Positions 38,334 through 46,173 of a DNA stretch of 64,000 nucleotides are shown piece by piece. Source of the DNA: Thermoplasmatota archaeon (GTDB lineage: Archaea; Thermoplasmatota; E2; JACPAO01; JAHFTW01); assembly GCA_041601615.1 (NCBI GenBank), contig JBFIHX010000008.1, positions 30,677-94,676 on the forward strand, given 5' to 3'. The notes under the pieces were generated by a model, which was given only the letters and a program-made list of their open reading frames with translations, ran no database searches and had not been told where the DNA came from. Both the position numbers and the translations under genes were made by a program. Positions within the stretch are counted from its first letter, which is position 1, and every line of letters begins with the position of its first letter.

Positions 38334-39749
38334 TCAGGGTTGGTTTTCGTCCAGCGTTCGCCGGGCCGTGGTGTCAGCCATGAAGAACGAATCCTCTGTG
38401 GCGCGGTCGGGAATCTCCGTCTCTCCAAGTGCTGCCGAAATGTGGTCCCAGAGCGTCAGGTTGCCCACTTGTCCATACCCGACGTAGTAGTACAGGGGCA
38501 GGGTCTCAGGGAAGGAGCTCCATTCGACGGGAACGGAGCTGTAGATGCCGAGACCGCCGACGATGCAGTCTGCACCGCTGCACTTGGGGCCGTCCCAGTG
38601 TCCATCTTCGACGGGCCGGGGATTGGCCGTGTGGTAGAACAACATCTTGGCTTCTTCCAGGCTCAAGAATCCGTCCGCAAGCGGCCCCGTGGCCGGCGCC
38701 ATGTCGTCTGCCGCCACGACGATGTTGCCGTCACGAACCCCGACGCCGGTGTCGCCCACCGCTTGGCGGACTTCCATGAGCATGCGAGCAAAGGTGCCTG
38801 CGGCAAACGGTGTTGCGCCGCTGGTGCCGCCCCCTCCGCGCTCGTCGCGTGCATCGACGGAATCGTACTCTGCCGCCGGGTGGGCATTGGCGTCCGCGAC
38901 GATGTGGGGCATGGTCATGGTCCAGGGCGTGTAGTAGCCGTTGTCGTGGCCGCCGACCATGATGATGCCGTCGCCGCCTGCGATGTTGTCAAAGTAGGCT
39001 GGGTGCCCAGTGACGCCGAAGAATCCAGCGAGTCCATTGCCGCCGGCCACAAAGATGGCATGGCGCTTGGCTGCGGCGACCACTTGGCTGCGGTCGTTTC
39101 CGAGCAAACCCGCGGAGCCCTCGGGCGCCAAAGATTCCAGGTAGCTCATGGGAAGGTCGCCCCAGGAATTGGTTTGAAGGTCGATCCAGGGTTGCTCCGA
39201 TGCCCAAACCATGGAATCGTCCGTGAAACCTTGGATGCTGACAATGCGGCACTCGGGACAGAGGCTGGATTCGCTACCGGCAACTCGGCTCGTGGTCATG
39301 GTACCGTGGCCGCCTCGGTCCAGAATCGATCCGGGGAGTGTACCCTGGTCGCAGTCGGTTCTTCCGGGCGAGAACGTGATGGCTCCGATGATTCGAGTGC
39401 CAGGAATCCAGTACAGCGTTTCTGGTTCCACGCTGCTCCAGACTTCACAATCAGCCAGCACGGCCATGTTGTAGTCCTCGACTTCTAGGCTCAATCGAAG
39501 CGCTTGCACGTCGGCCGGGAAGCCTGGAATGTAGGTGCTCGGGTGCGTCCAAGCAATGGGACGGTTGTCGCGGAATTCAAGGTGGTACGGGTTCACGCCC
39601 GTGTCCACGTCCGCCACGACCACGAGGGCGCCCGAAGGAGCGACTCCAGGGCCACCGCCATCGACCGGGTCAGGATTGTTGCTGCCGTTGTCGAGGCAAC
39701 CACCGAGAGTTACAGCCAGGAGGGCCAAGAAGAGCATCCAAGTGCGCAT
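38334..39749 (-). CDS. secreted subtilisin-like serine peptidase (S8)
   Basis: Start re-placed at MRTWMLFLALLAVTLGGC. Catalytic-triad contexts VADVDTGV (Asp), HGTMTTS (His), GTSGATPFAAG (Ser). Confidence 0.8.
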   Translation of the reverse strand: MRTWMLFLALLAVTLGGCLDNGSNNPDPVDGGGPGVAPSGALVVVADVDTGVNPYHLEFRDNRPIAWTHPSTYIPGFPADVQALRLSLEVEDYNMAVLADCEVWSSVEPETLYWIPGTRIIGAITFSPGRTDCDQGTLPGSILDRGGHGTMTTSRVAGSESSLCPECRIVSIQGFTDDSMVWASEQPWIDLQTNSWGDLPMSYLESLAPEGSAGLLGNDRSQVVAAAKRHAIFVAGGNGLAGFFGVTGHPAYFDNIAGGDGIIMVGGHDNGYYTPWTMTMPHIVADANAHPAAEYDSVDARDERGGGGTSGATPFAAGTFARMLMEVRQAVGDTGVGVRDGNIVVAADDMAPATGPLADGFLSLEEAKMLFYHTANPRPVEDGHWDGPKCSGADCIVGGLGIYSSVPVEWSSFPETLPLYYYVGYGQVGNLTLWDHISAALGETEIPDRATEDSFFMADTTARRTLDENQP

Positions 39750-39857
39750 GCCTTGCCACGAAGAGTGCGAGTACAAGATTGTTGAGGCGTGAGACAGCTC
39801 TGTTCGTGGACGCAGGGACTTCGGTAGACTCAAGCAACCCACGAAACTTCGCTGCGC

Positions 39858-40649
39858 GTGGATGGTCCACGGTTGGCACTATACGACCGCATTAGTGCGC
39901 AAACACGGTTGGTCCAAGCATTTCATAATCGCATGATTGCACAGTTCTGGGTGCTCGCCGTCTCGGGTGCGGCCCTCGTGCGGTTTGTTTTTCTCGAATG
40001 GATGCCACACTTGCCAGGCTCAAATCGCCTTGGCTTGGCGACCGCCATTCTCTCCCTTAATGGCGTTCTAGCCGGCCTAGCGCTATCTGTGCGGATTCGC
40101 AAATGGACGTCCACCAGGACCTCCGAGTACCCAACGCCCATTCGAAGCTACCGTGCATCATGGACCCAGATTGCAGTAGTCTGGATTGCAGGGGCCGGTT
40201 TGATTTCATCGTGGTTTTTGGAAGTGGGCTTTGGCGCAGCGGCGACAATGTTCGGATTTGCTCTGGTGGTTATGTCCATCCCGGCTACCATTCCATGGAT
40301 GGGTGGAAACAAAGACACGAAATTTCGGGCGTGGATGTATGGAATATTTGCATACAGCTATGGTTTCTTGATATTGGCCGCAGTTTTGGGGGCATTCGCA
40401 GCAGTTGTAGCGAGTGGCCCAACTCGATATGCCTTATTCAGTCTGTTTGGAATCGGAATTGGACTTCAATTGCTCGCCAGTGCCGCCATCTCCCTCGACC
40501 GGTCGGACCTAAACACCCCAAATAAGTTTCGAGAACTGCGTCGCAAACTCATGGAACCAAATTCAAACTTGAAAAACATCGAGTCAGAATACTGGCTCAT
40601 TGTTCGCGCCGCCCACGAAGATTCGCATCGGCCGATCTTGGATGGTTAG
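39858..40649 (+). CDS. polytopic membrane protein, hypothetical
   Basis: About 6 hydrophobic helices. Somewhat AT-richer codon use. Confidence 0.45.
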   Translation: MDGPRLALYDRISAQTRLVQAFHNRMIAQFWVLAVSGAALVRFVFLEWMPHLPGSNRLGLATAILSLNGVLAGLALSVRIRKWTSTRTSEYPTPIRSYRASWTQIAVVWIAGAGLISSWFLEVGFGAAATMFGFALVVMSIPATIPWMGGNKDTKFRAWMYGIFAYSYGFLILAAVLGAFAAVVASGPTRYALFSLFGIGIGLQLLASAAISLDRSDLNTPNKFRELRRKLMEPNSNLKNIESEYWLIVRAAHEDSHRPILDG

Positions 40650-41344
40650 GCCACATCCAGTAATTCGTCAATTTGCACTAGGACCCAAATCGACCCCACC
40701 AGCCAATCGTACTCGTGACGCTCCACCAATGCGTGTGCTGTGGCGCCGACGGGCAGCCCCGCGAGTCCCTTCCGGGCAAATGATTCGTAGCCATCGGGGA
40801 CGCGCATCCCCTGCGGCGTTGGCCCTTCGCCCAGATACCACGGCCTACTGCTGAGGGTCACGAAATCGCCATACAGGTGGTAGCGGTTGCGGCTCGTGGC
40901 GCCGGCGTTGCTGGCCAGCAATTCGCCTTGTTCGTTGAATACGAAGATGGTGACGACGGTGGCGTTTCGACCGCCTTCGCCGAATCGTTCTGTATCCGCT
41001 TCCGAAGCCTCCGTGACTGCCAATACGTCACCGGGTGTACGGCATCCGGCTGGGATGTCCACGCGCCAGAGGACGGGAGATTCCGAGTGCAATTGCATGC
41101 TGCGGGGCCCGTCAAGGCACGTCAAGTCGAGGCTGCGGGCGGAGGGTTCTCCGACAGCAAGAAACGGAATCGACTTTCCCGGTTCCGCGACAGCTTCGTG
41201 AAACGCCCACGCAAGTCCCAGCGGTTCTTCTACGGGTGTTGGAAGTGGATCGTCATGTGGAAGGCTTGGAGCCGGCAGTACCACGACGAGGCCGGCGGCC
41301 ACGAGCCCGAGCACCAGGGGCAGCACCCATTCCCGGGCGCTCAT
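40646..41344 (-). CDS. N-terminally membrane-anchored hypothetical protein
   Basis: Single N-terminal TM (VLPLVLGLVAAGLVVVL). Overlaps the upstream acyltransferase gene by 4 nt. Confidence 0.45.
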   Translation of the reverse strand: MSAREWVLPLVLGLVAAGLVVVLPAPSLPHDDPLPTPVEEPLGLAWAFHEAVAEPGKSIPFLAVGEPSARSLDLTCLDGPRSMQLHSESPVLWRVDIPAGCRTPGDVLAVTEASEADTERFGEGGRNATVVTIFVFNEQGELLASNAGATSRNRYHLYGDFVTLSSRPWYLGEGPTPQGMRVPDGYESFARKGLAGLPVGATAHALVERHEYDWLVGSIWVLVQIDELLDVA

Positions 41345-42198
41345 TCTGCCTTCGGGCTCCCGGTGGTGGCGCTGACGTCGTTGGCCGTGACGCGCTCGCC
41401 GGGGACGAGGTCGCGGATTTTGCGCACAGGTACGCCGCCGTAGATGGCGTCACCGTCCAGGGTGGTTCCCTTGGGAACGAGACTCATGGCGCCGATGTGG
41501 CAGTTGTCGCCCATGGTCACGCCGGGGAAGATGTTCGTGTACTGGCCGATGGTGCAGCGGTTGCCGATGACGACTTTTTCGCGCACAAGGCTGCCTTTTT
41601 CGCCGACGTGTCCGAGGATGCTGGCGTTGGCGCCGATGACGGTGTCGTCGCCGACGCTGATGAGGTCCAGATCGTAGACGTGCTGGGTGTTGAACACCAC
41701 GTTGCGGCCGATTTTGGCCCCCATGGCGCGCAGGTACCAGTTGTAGACGTTGGTCAGGCGCGCAAATCGTCCATAGACCGTGTTGAACAGGAAGACGAGG
41801 CCGTTGTGGTTGTACCAGAACCAGATGCGGAAGCTGTGGATTTTGATGGCGCCGGTGTGTGGTTTCCAGCCCATGAGCAAGAACAGCATCCGGACGGCAG
41901 GCAGGACGACCATCAGGGCGAGTCCGAAGGTGAAGAACCCGATGATGCTCCAGTAGAGGCCGACGAAGTTGTCCAGCACGGAACCGAAGGAGCCTGCCCA
42001 CGCGGGGTGCACATCGAGGGACCAGCCCCAGCGCGCCAGAGCCAGCGCCGGAAGTGCAGCCACGGCCATGAAGGCGCCGAGACTGAGATAGGAATAGATC
42101 CAGATGGTCCCGGCGATGGCCCGGATGAGTCCTTTGGCACCCACGAGTCTCCGAGACCCGGCCCCTGTTTCAAGGATGCGTTGCTGCGAGGCGCCCAA
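41341..42198 (-). CDS. membrane-anchored left-handed-beta-helix (hexapeptide-repeat) acyltransferase
   Basis: Two to three N-terminal TM helices, then hexapeptide repeats (IGRNVVFNT, VIGANASILGHV, VVIGNRCTIGQYTNI, MGDNCHIGAMSLV). Confidence 0.65.
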   Translation of the reverse strand: MGASQQRILETGAGSRRLVGAKGLIRAIAGTIWIYSYLSLGAFMAVAALPALALARWGWSLDVHPAWAGSFGSVLDNFVGLYWSIIGFFTFGLALMVVLPAVRMLFLLMGWKPHTGAIKIHSFRIWFWYNHNGLVFLFNTVYGRFARLTNVYNWYLRAMGAKIGRNVVFNTQHVYDLDLISVGDDTVIGANASILGHVGEKGSLVREKVVIGNRCTIGQYTNIFPGVTMGDNCHIGAMSLVPKGTTLDGDAIYGGVPVRKIRDLVPGERVTANDVSATTGSPKAE

Positions 42199-42389
42199 TC
42201 AGGACCCGATGGGTGTGTCGGGGCAGATGCCGAAGAGGCCCTCACCTGGCTTGCACTCATCGGAAATCAGGGGACCCGGCATCAAGGCGACGACGGATGC
42301 CCGAGGGGAGCTCCAGCCCCGGCCCACACCGCCCAGGGTGATGGAAATCCACGGCAGGCACGCCATGAGCGGTGCCGCGAAGGAGCCCG

Positions 42390-42551
42390 CCGCCGAAGGC
42401 TGTTGGGGCCCGTGCATGTATGCAGGGCAATGCACGCGGTTCCGGATCGAGATCCGGGCGAACAAATTAGGAATGGGAAGGGAAAAGGGGGAGTGTTCCA
42501 AGGAACATTTTCGTGCACCTTGGCAGGGTTCAGCTGATCCGAACCAACGGA
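42390..42551 (-). repeat. conserved non-coding 3' flank of Tyr/Cys-rich gene copy 1 (contains hairpin CGTGCAT-N12-ATGCACG)
   Basis: Near-identical to 43300..43457 and recognisably related to 44010..44154. Confidence 0.6.
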
Positions 42552-42872
42552 TTAGCAGAGGCCAACGCGAACGGGGCTCGTGTCGACGTACAGTTCGTTG
42601 CCGTAGCAGGTGTAGGAGTTGCCGTCGCAGTAGTAGCTGGTCCACGGGTAGTACACGTTCAGGGGGCCGTCGACGTAGGTGCGGTAGCTGTAGCAGCTGC
42701 TCGGGAAGTCGTAGTACGTGGTGCATGTCCGGACTAGGGAATCGCCGGTCAAGGGATCGTACAAGATTGGCGAGTTGCAGTACGTGGTGTGCGTGGCAGA
42801 TGCCGGCGAAATCATCAGCATGGTTCCGACGAGCAGCATTCCTAGCAGCAGGGGTTTGAGTATGGAGTTCAT
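42552..42872 (-). CDS. small secreted Tyr/Cys-rich protein, tandem paralog 1 (106 aa; ~80-aa mature part with 6 Cys and ~17 Tyr)
   Basis: Signal peptide MNSILKPLLLGMLLVGTMLMISPASA. 75-80% identical to the two paralogs downstream on this strand. Confidence 0.65.
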   Translation of the reverse strand: MNSILKPLLLGMLLVGTMLMISPASATHTTYCNSPILYDPLTGDSLVRTCTTYYDFPSSCYSYRTYVDGPLNVYYPWTSYYCDGNSYTCYGNELYVDTSPVRVGLC

Positions 42873-42940
42873 CCAATCCCCGCATTCAAAATATTCAATA
42901 TAAATATAATACGGGATGTTCGGAAAATCCTAAAATATGG
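42873..42940 (-). promoter_or_regulatory. AT-rich archaeal-type promoter (TATA-like TTTATATT ~30 nt upstream of ATG) for paralog 1
   Basis: A very AT-rich block directly upstream of the gene in otherwise 65% GC DNA. The reverse-complement reads ...GTATTATATTTATATTGAATATTTTGAATGCGGGGATTGGATG. Confidence 0.35.
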
Positions 42941-43299
42941 CCATGCGCCGAGCCGAACTATATTTTCCTAGATGGTTTAGTATCAGTGAAATGGACACCA
43001 CACCCACTTGGAATTGCCCCCGGACTGCGGCCCTAGAGGCGCCGACCACCACTAGGCTGCCCAGAAGAACGTAGGCCAGTGCGCCACCCCCGAGGCCAGT
43101 TTCATTGCAATCACTGCTTGCACTGGCTGTTCGGCCAAGCGTACAAGAATAAGGCGCCAACGAGAATAGGGACGGCATCCTCGACGGCCCGGACCAGTTC
43201 TTTGGCACCCGTAACTTGCCGAGACTTGGGCCCTGATTCAAGGACGCGAGAAATCCGACGCATCCGCGGGCGGTGCGCGGAGCCACGAAGAGCCCGCCA

Positions 43300-43457
43300 C
43301 CAAACCTTGGGGGCCCCGTGCATGTATGCAGGGTAATGCACGCGGTTCCGATCGGAGATCCTAGCGAGCAATGCCGGAATTGGAGGGGAAAAGGAGGAGA
43401 GTACCAAGAGACATCTTGGCGAAACTTGGCGTGTTTCAACTCATCCGAACCGACGGA
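43300..43457 (-). repeat. conserved non-coding 3' flank of copy 2 (same hairpin element)
   Basis: Near-identical to the copy-1 3' flank. Confidence 0.6.
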
Positions 43458-43775
43458 CTAGCAGACGCCAACGCGAGCAGGGTTCGTGTCGACGTACAGC
43501 GTGTTCTGGTAGCAGGTGTAGCTGTTGCCGTCGCAGTTGTAGTTCCTCCACGGGTAGTACACGTTCGTGGGACCATCGATGTAGCTGCGGGAGTAGTAGC
43601 AGCTGCTAGGGTAGTTGTAGTAGGTGGTGCACGTCCGAATCGGGTCACCAGTCAAGGGGTCGTACACGATGGGCGAGCCGCAGTACGTGTAGTGGCTGGC
43701 AGAAGCCGGCGAAATCATCAGCACGGTTCCGACGAGGAGCATTCCGAGTAGCAGGGGTTTGAGTATGGAGTTCAT
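43458..43775 (-). CDS. small secreted Tyr/Cys-rich protein, tandem paralog 2 (105 aa)
   Basis: Same signal peptide and Cys spacing as paralog 1. Confidence 0.65.
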   Translation of the reverse strand: MNSILKPLLLGMLLVGTVLMISPASASHYTYCGSPIVYDPLTGDPIRTCTTYYNYPSSCYYSRSYIDGPTNVYYPWRNYNCDGNSYTCYQNTLYVDTNPARVGVC

Positions 43776-44009
43776 CCAATCCCAGCATGCAAAAAATTCA
43801 ATATAAACATAAGACGGGATGTTCGAAAAATCCTAAAATATAGTCGTGGGGCAGCGCCATTCTACATGTTACTAGCGGTTTTAGAATCAATGAGAAGGTG
43901 GCCATCCCCAACCTCGAATTGGCTCCAGGCAGCGCCCCTCGAGGCGGCTCCGCCACCCCCCCTAGACTTCCCAGAAGAACGTCGACAGACCCGCCACCGA
44001 ACACAGAGG

Positions 44010-44154
44010 GGGCCCGCGCATGTTTTCAAGGTTAATTGAACGGTGTTGTGTCGAGATCCGAGCGAACAAAGCAGGAATTGGAAGGGAAAAGGAGGAAAAT
44101 CCAAGGGGCTGCTTCGTGCACCTTGGCCTGTTTCAACCCATCCGATTTGACAGA
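44010..44154 (-). repeat. diverged copy of the conserved 3' flank (copy 3)
   Basis: Shares the CCTTTTCCCTTCC pyrimidine tract and the GGATCTCGA segment. The hairpin has degenerated. Confidence 0.45.
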
Positions 44155-44475
44155 CTAGCAGAGGCCAACGCGAACGGGGCTCGTGTCGACGTACACTTCG
44201 TTCTGGTAGCAAGTGTAGCTGTTGCCGTCGCAGTAGTAGTTGGTCCACGGGTAGTACACGTTCACGGGGCCATCAACGTAGGTGCGGTAGTAGTAGCAGC
44301 TGCTAGGGTAGTTGTAGTAGGTGGTGCAGATTGTGACCATCGGATCGCCTGTCAAGGGATCGTACACAAGGGGCGGATTGCAGTACGTCGTGTGGTTGGC
44401 GGAAGCCGGCGTAATCATCAGCACGGTTCCAACGAGCAGCATTGCGAGTAGCAGGGGTTTGAGTATGGAGTTCAT
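44155..44475 (-). CDS. small secreted Tyr/Cys-rich protein, tandem paralog 3
   Basis: Starts at MNSILKPLLLAMLLVGTVLMITPASA. The ORF track allows 3 extra codons up to 44484. Confidence 0.65.
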   Translation of the reverse strand: MNSILKPLLLAMLLVGTVLMITPASANHTTYCNPPLVYDPLTGDPMVTICTTYYNYPSSCYYYRTYVDGPVNVYYPWTNYYCDGNSYTCYQNEVYVDTSPVRVGLC

Positions 44476-44987
44476 ACAATTCATTCATGCCAAATACCAA
44501 TATAAGTTTGGCTCGGGATTTTTGATAATTGGCCCAATATCAATGGTCGATGTAGCCCCCATATAGTTTACTATTTAGTTTTTTATCCAAGGATTGGGGA
44601 CGCACCCAATATACCTGCCTTCAGCGACGAATGGCCCAGTGGAGTCGCCGGCCGGTTGCGAGCCCAGCAGCAATTGAGCAAGTCCGCCATCTTTGAAAGC
44701 GGCATCACTGCGAGCACAGGAGGTGCTGTCTCTACAGAGGCGTCCGCTGAATGCCAGCGCCGTCGGTAGGACCCAGGTCGTTCATCCATTCATGATTGAA
44801 TCGCAGTTGTTTGCGGGTCCAAGGCCAAATGCAGGGGCCCGAAGCGCAGATTTCCCTTACAAGCGCGCCAACAAGCGCCGTGCGATCCTTGCCCCGCGCT
44901 CCTCTACAAAACCAGAACCACCCAATGGTTGACGGCCCGCCCCTCCCCCCCACAACCTTCACGACCCCACCTAGACCTCCACGCCCC

Positions 44988-46022
44988 ATGCGCACCCTGG
45001 CCACCCTTCTGTTGATCATCCCCCTTTTGGCAGGTTGCCTCTCCGACGATAGGGCAGATTCCATCGACAGCGCCGACGATCCCCTGCCCTTGACTGAATT
45101 GAATTGGGACGTGGTGGCCGGCGTGGATTGGTGGGAAGACCTCGCCACGAGCTACCCGAAACACGACACCTACACGCCCGTCAACGCAGCACTTCGCCAA
45201 CACCTCGTTTCCGAGATGCAGGCACTTGGCTTCGAGGTGGAAGTGCGCACCTACTACGCCTTGCCCCGCGATCCATCCCAAGTTCCGGCGCCTGAAGTAG
45301 AACCCATCGAAGTCCACGCCATCGTCGCGACCAAACTTGGCACCGAATTTCCCAACGAACGCATCGGCCTCGTCAGCCACTACGACACCCAAACCCTCAC
45401 CGTCCATGGCGCCTACGACGACGCCTCTGGAGTCGCTGCCGAATACAACATCTGCAAGAGCCTCGCCGACGTGCCCATGAAGCGAACACTCGCCTGCATC
45501 TTCTTTGACGCCGAAGAGCAAGGACTGGTCGCGTCGAAGCGCTACGTCGAAGACGTGGTGCTGGCGGGCGACGAGGGCTACACCTACGAATTCGTGCTCG
45601 GCTACGACATGACGGGCATCAACTGGCCCGGCTACCCCGACTGGAAAATGTACGTCATGGTCGGCGAGAACGTCGTCGAATGGCTGCGCCCCTTTGCCCA
45701 AGACGTGATGCACAACCAACTCGGCTACCCCACGAGCGGCGTCGAAGTGCTCGACGTACACGACCGCAACTCGGACGAACGTCGCTTCAAGGAAGCCGGT
45801 GTGCCGATCCTGCGCTTTGCCGGGGGTCGCAACGCCGCCGACTACCCCCAATACCACATGCCCCTCGACACCGTCGACTATGTCTACGACTTTGTGGGTG
45901 GCCGCGCCAACTTTGAAGCCGGATTTGCCACCGTCGTGGAAGCAAGCCACCACACCATCCTCGCCCTCGACGAAACCGGCGCCACCGCTTTGCAGCAGAA
46001 GGCCGGCATCCCAAGCCAGTAA
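44988..46022 (+). CDS. M28-family aminopeptidase lipoprotein
   Basis: Start re-placed at MRTLATLLLIIPLLAGC. M28 contexts HYDT, DDASGV, FFDAEEQGL. Confidence 0.8.
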   Translation: MRTLATLLLIIPLLAGCLSDDRADSIDSADDPLPLTELNWDVVAGVDWWEDLATSYPKHDTYTPVNAALRQHLVSEMQALGFEVEVRTYYALPRDPSQVPAPEVEPIEVHAIVATKLGTEFPNERIGLVSHYDTQTLTVHGAYDDASGVAAEYNICKSLADVPMKRTLACIFFDAEEQGLVASKRYVEDVVLAGDEGYTYEFVLGYDMTGINWPGYPDWKMYVMVGENVVEWLRPFAQDVMHNQLGYPTSGVEVLDVHDRNSDERRFKEAGVPILRFAGGRNAADYPQYHMPLDTVDYVYDFVGGRANFEAGFATVVEASHHTILALDETGATALQQKAGIPSQ

Positions 46023-46173
46023 CGACCCCAATCCACGCCAAGGAGCCCCTGAGCCTAGAGTTCACAGAACACGAATAGCGGCAGGTTGCGCGGCATTCCC
46101 TGATTGAATCCGCCGGAAGGGATTCCGGTGGTTTGCTAGAAACACCATCCTCCAGCACCACCGAAGTCAACCC

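Noticed and set aside
42930-43439. 169-codon minus-strand ORF between Tyr/Cys paralogs 1 and 2
   Set aside because: It spans the duplicated relic of the acyltransferase 5' end and the conserved 3' flank. It is a by-product of segmental duplication, not an independent gene.
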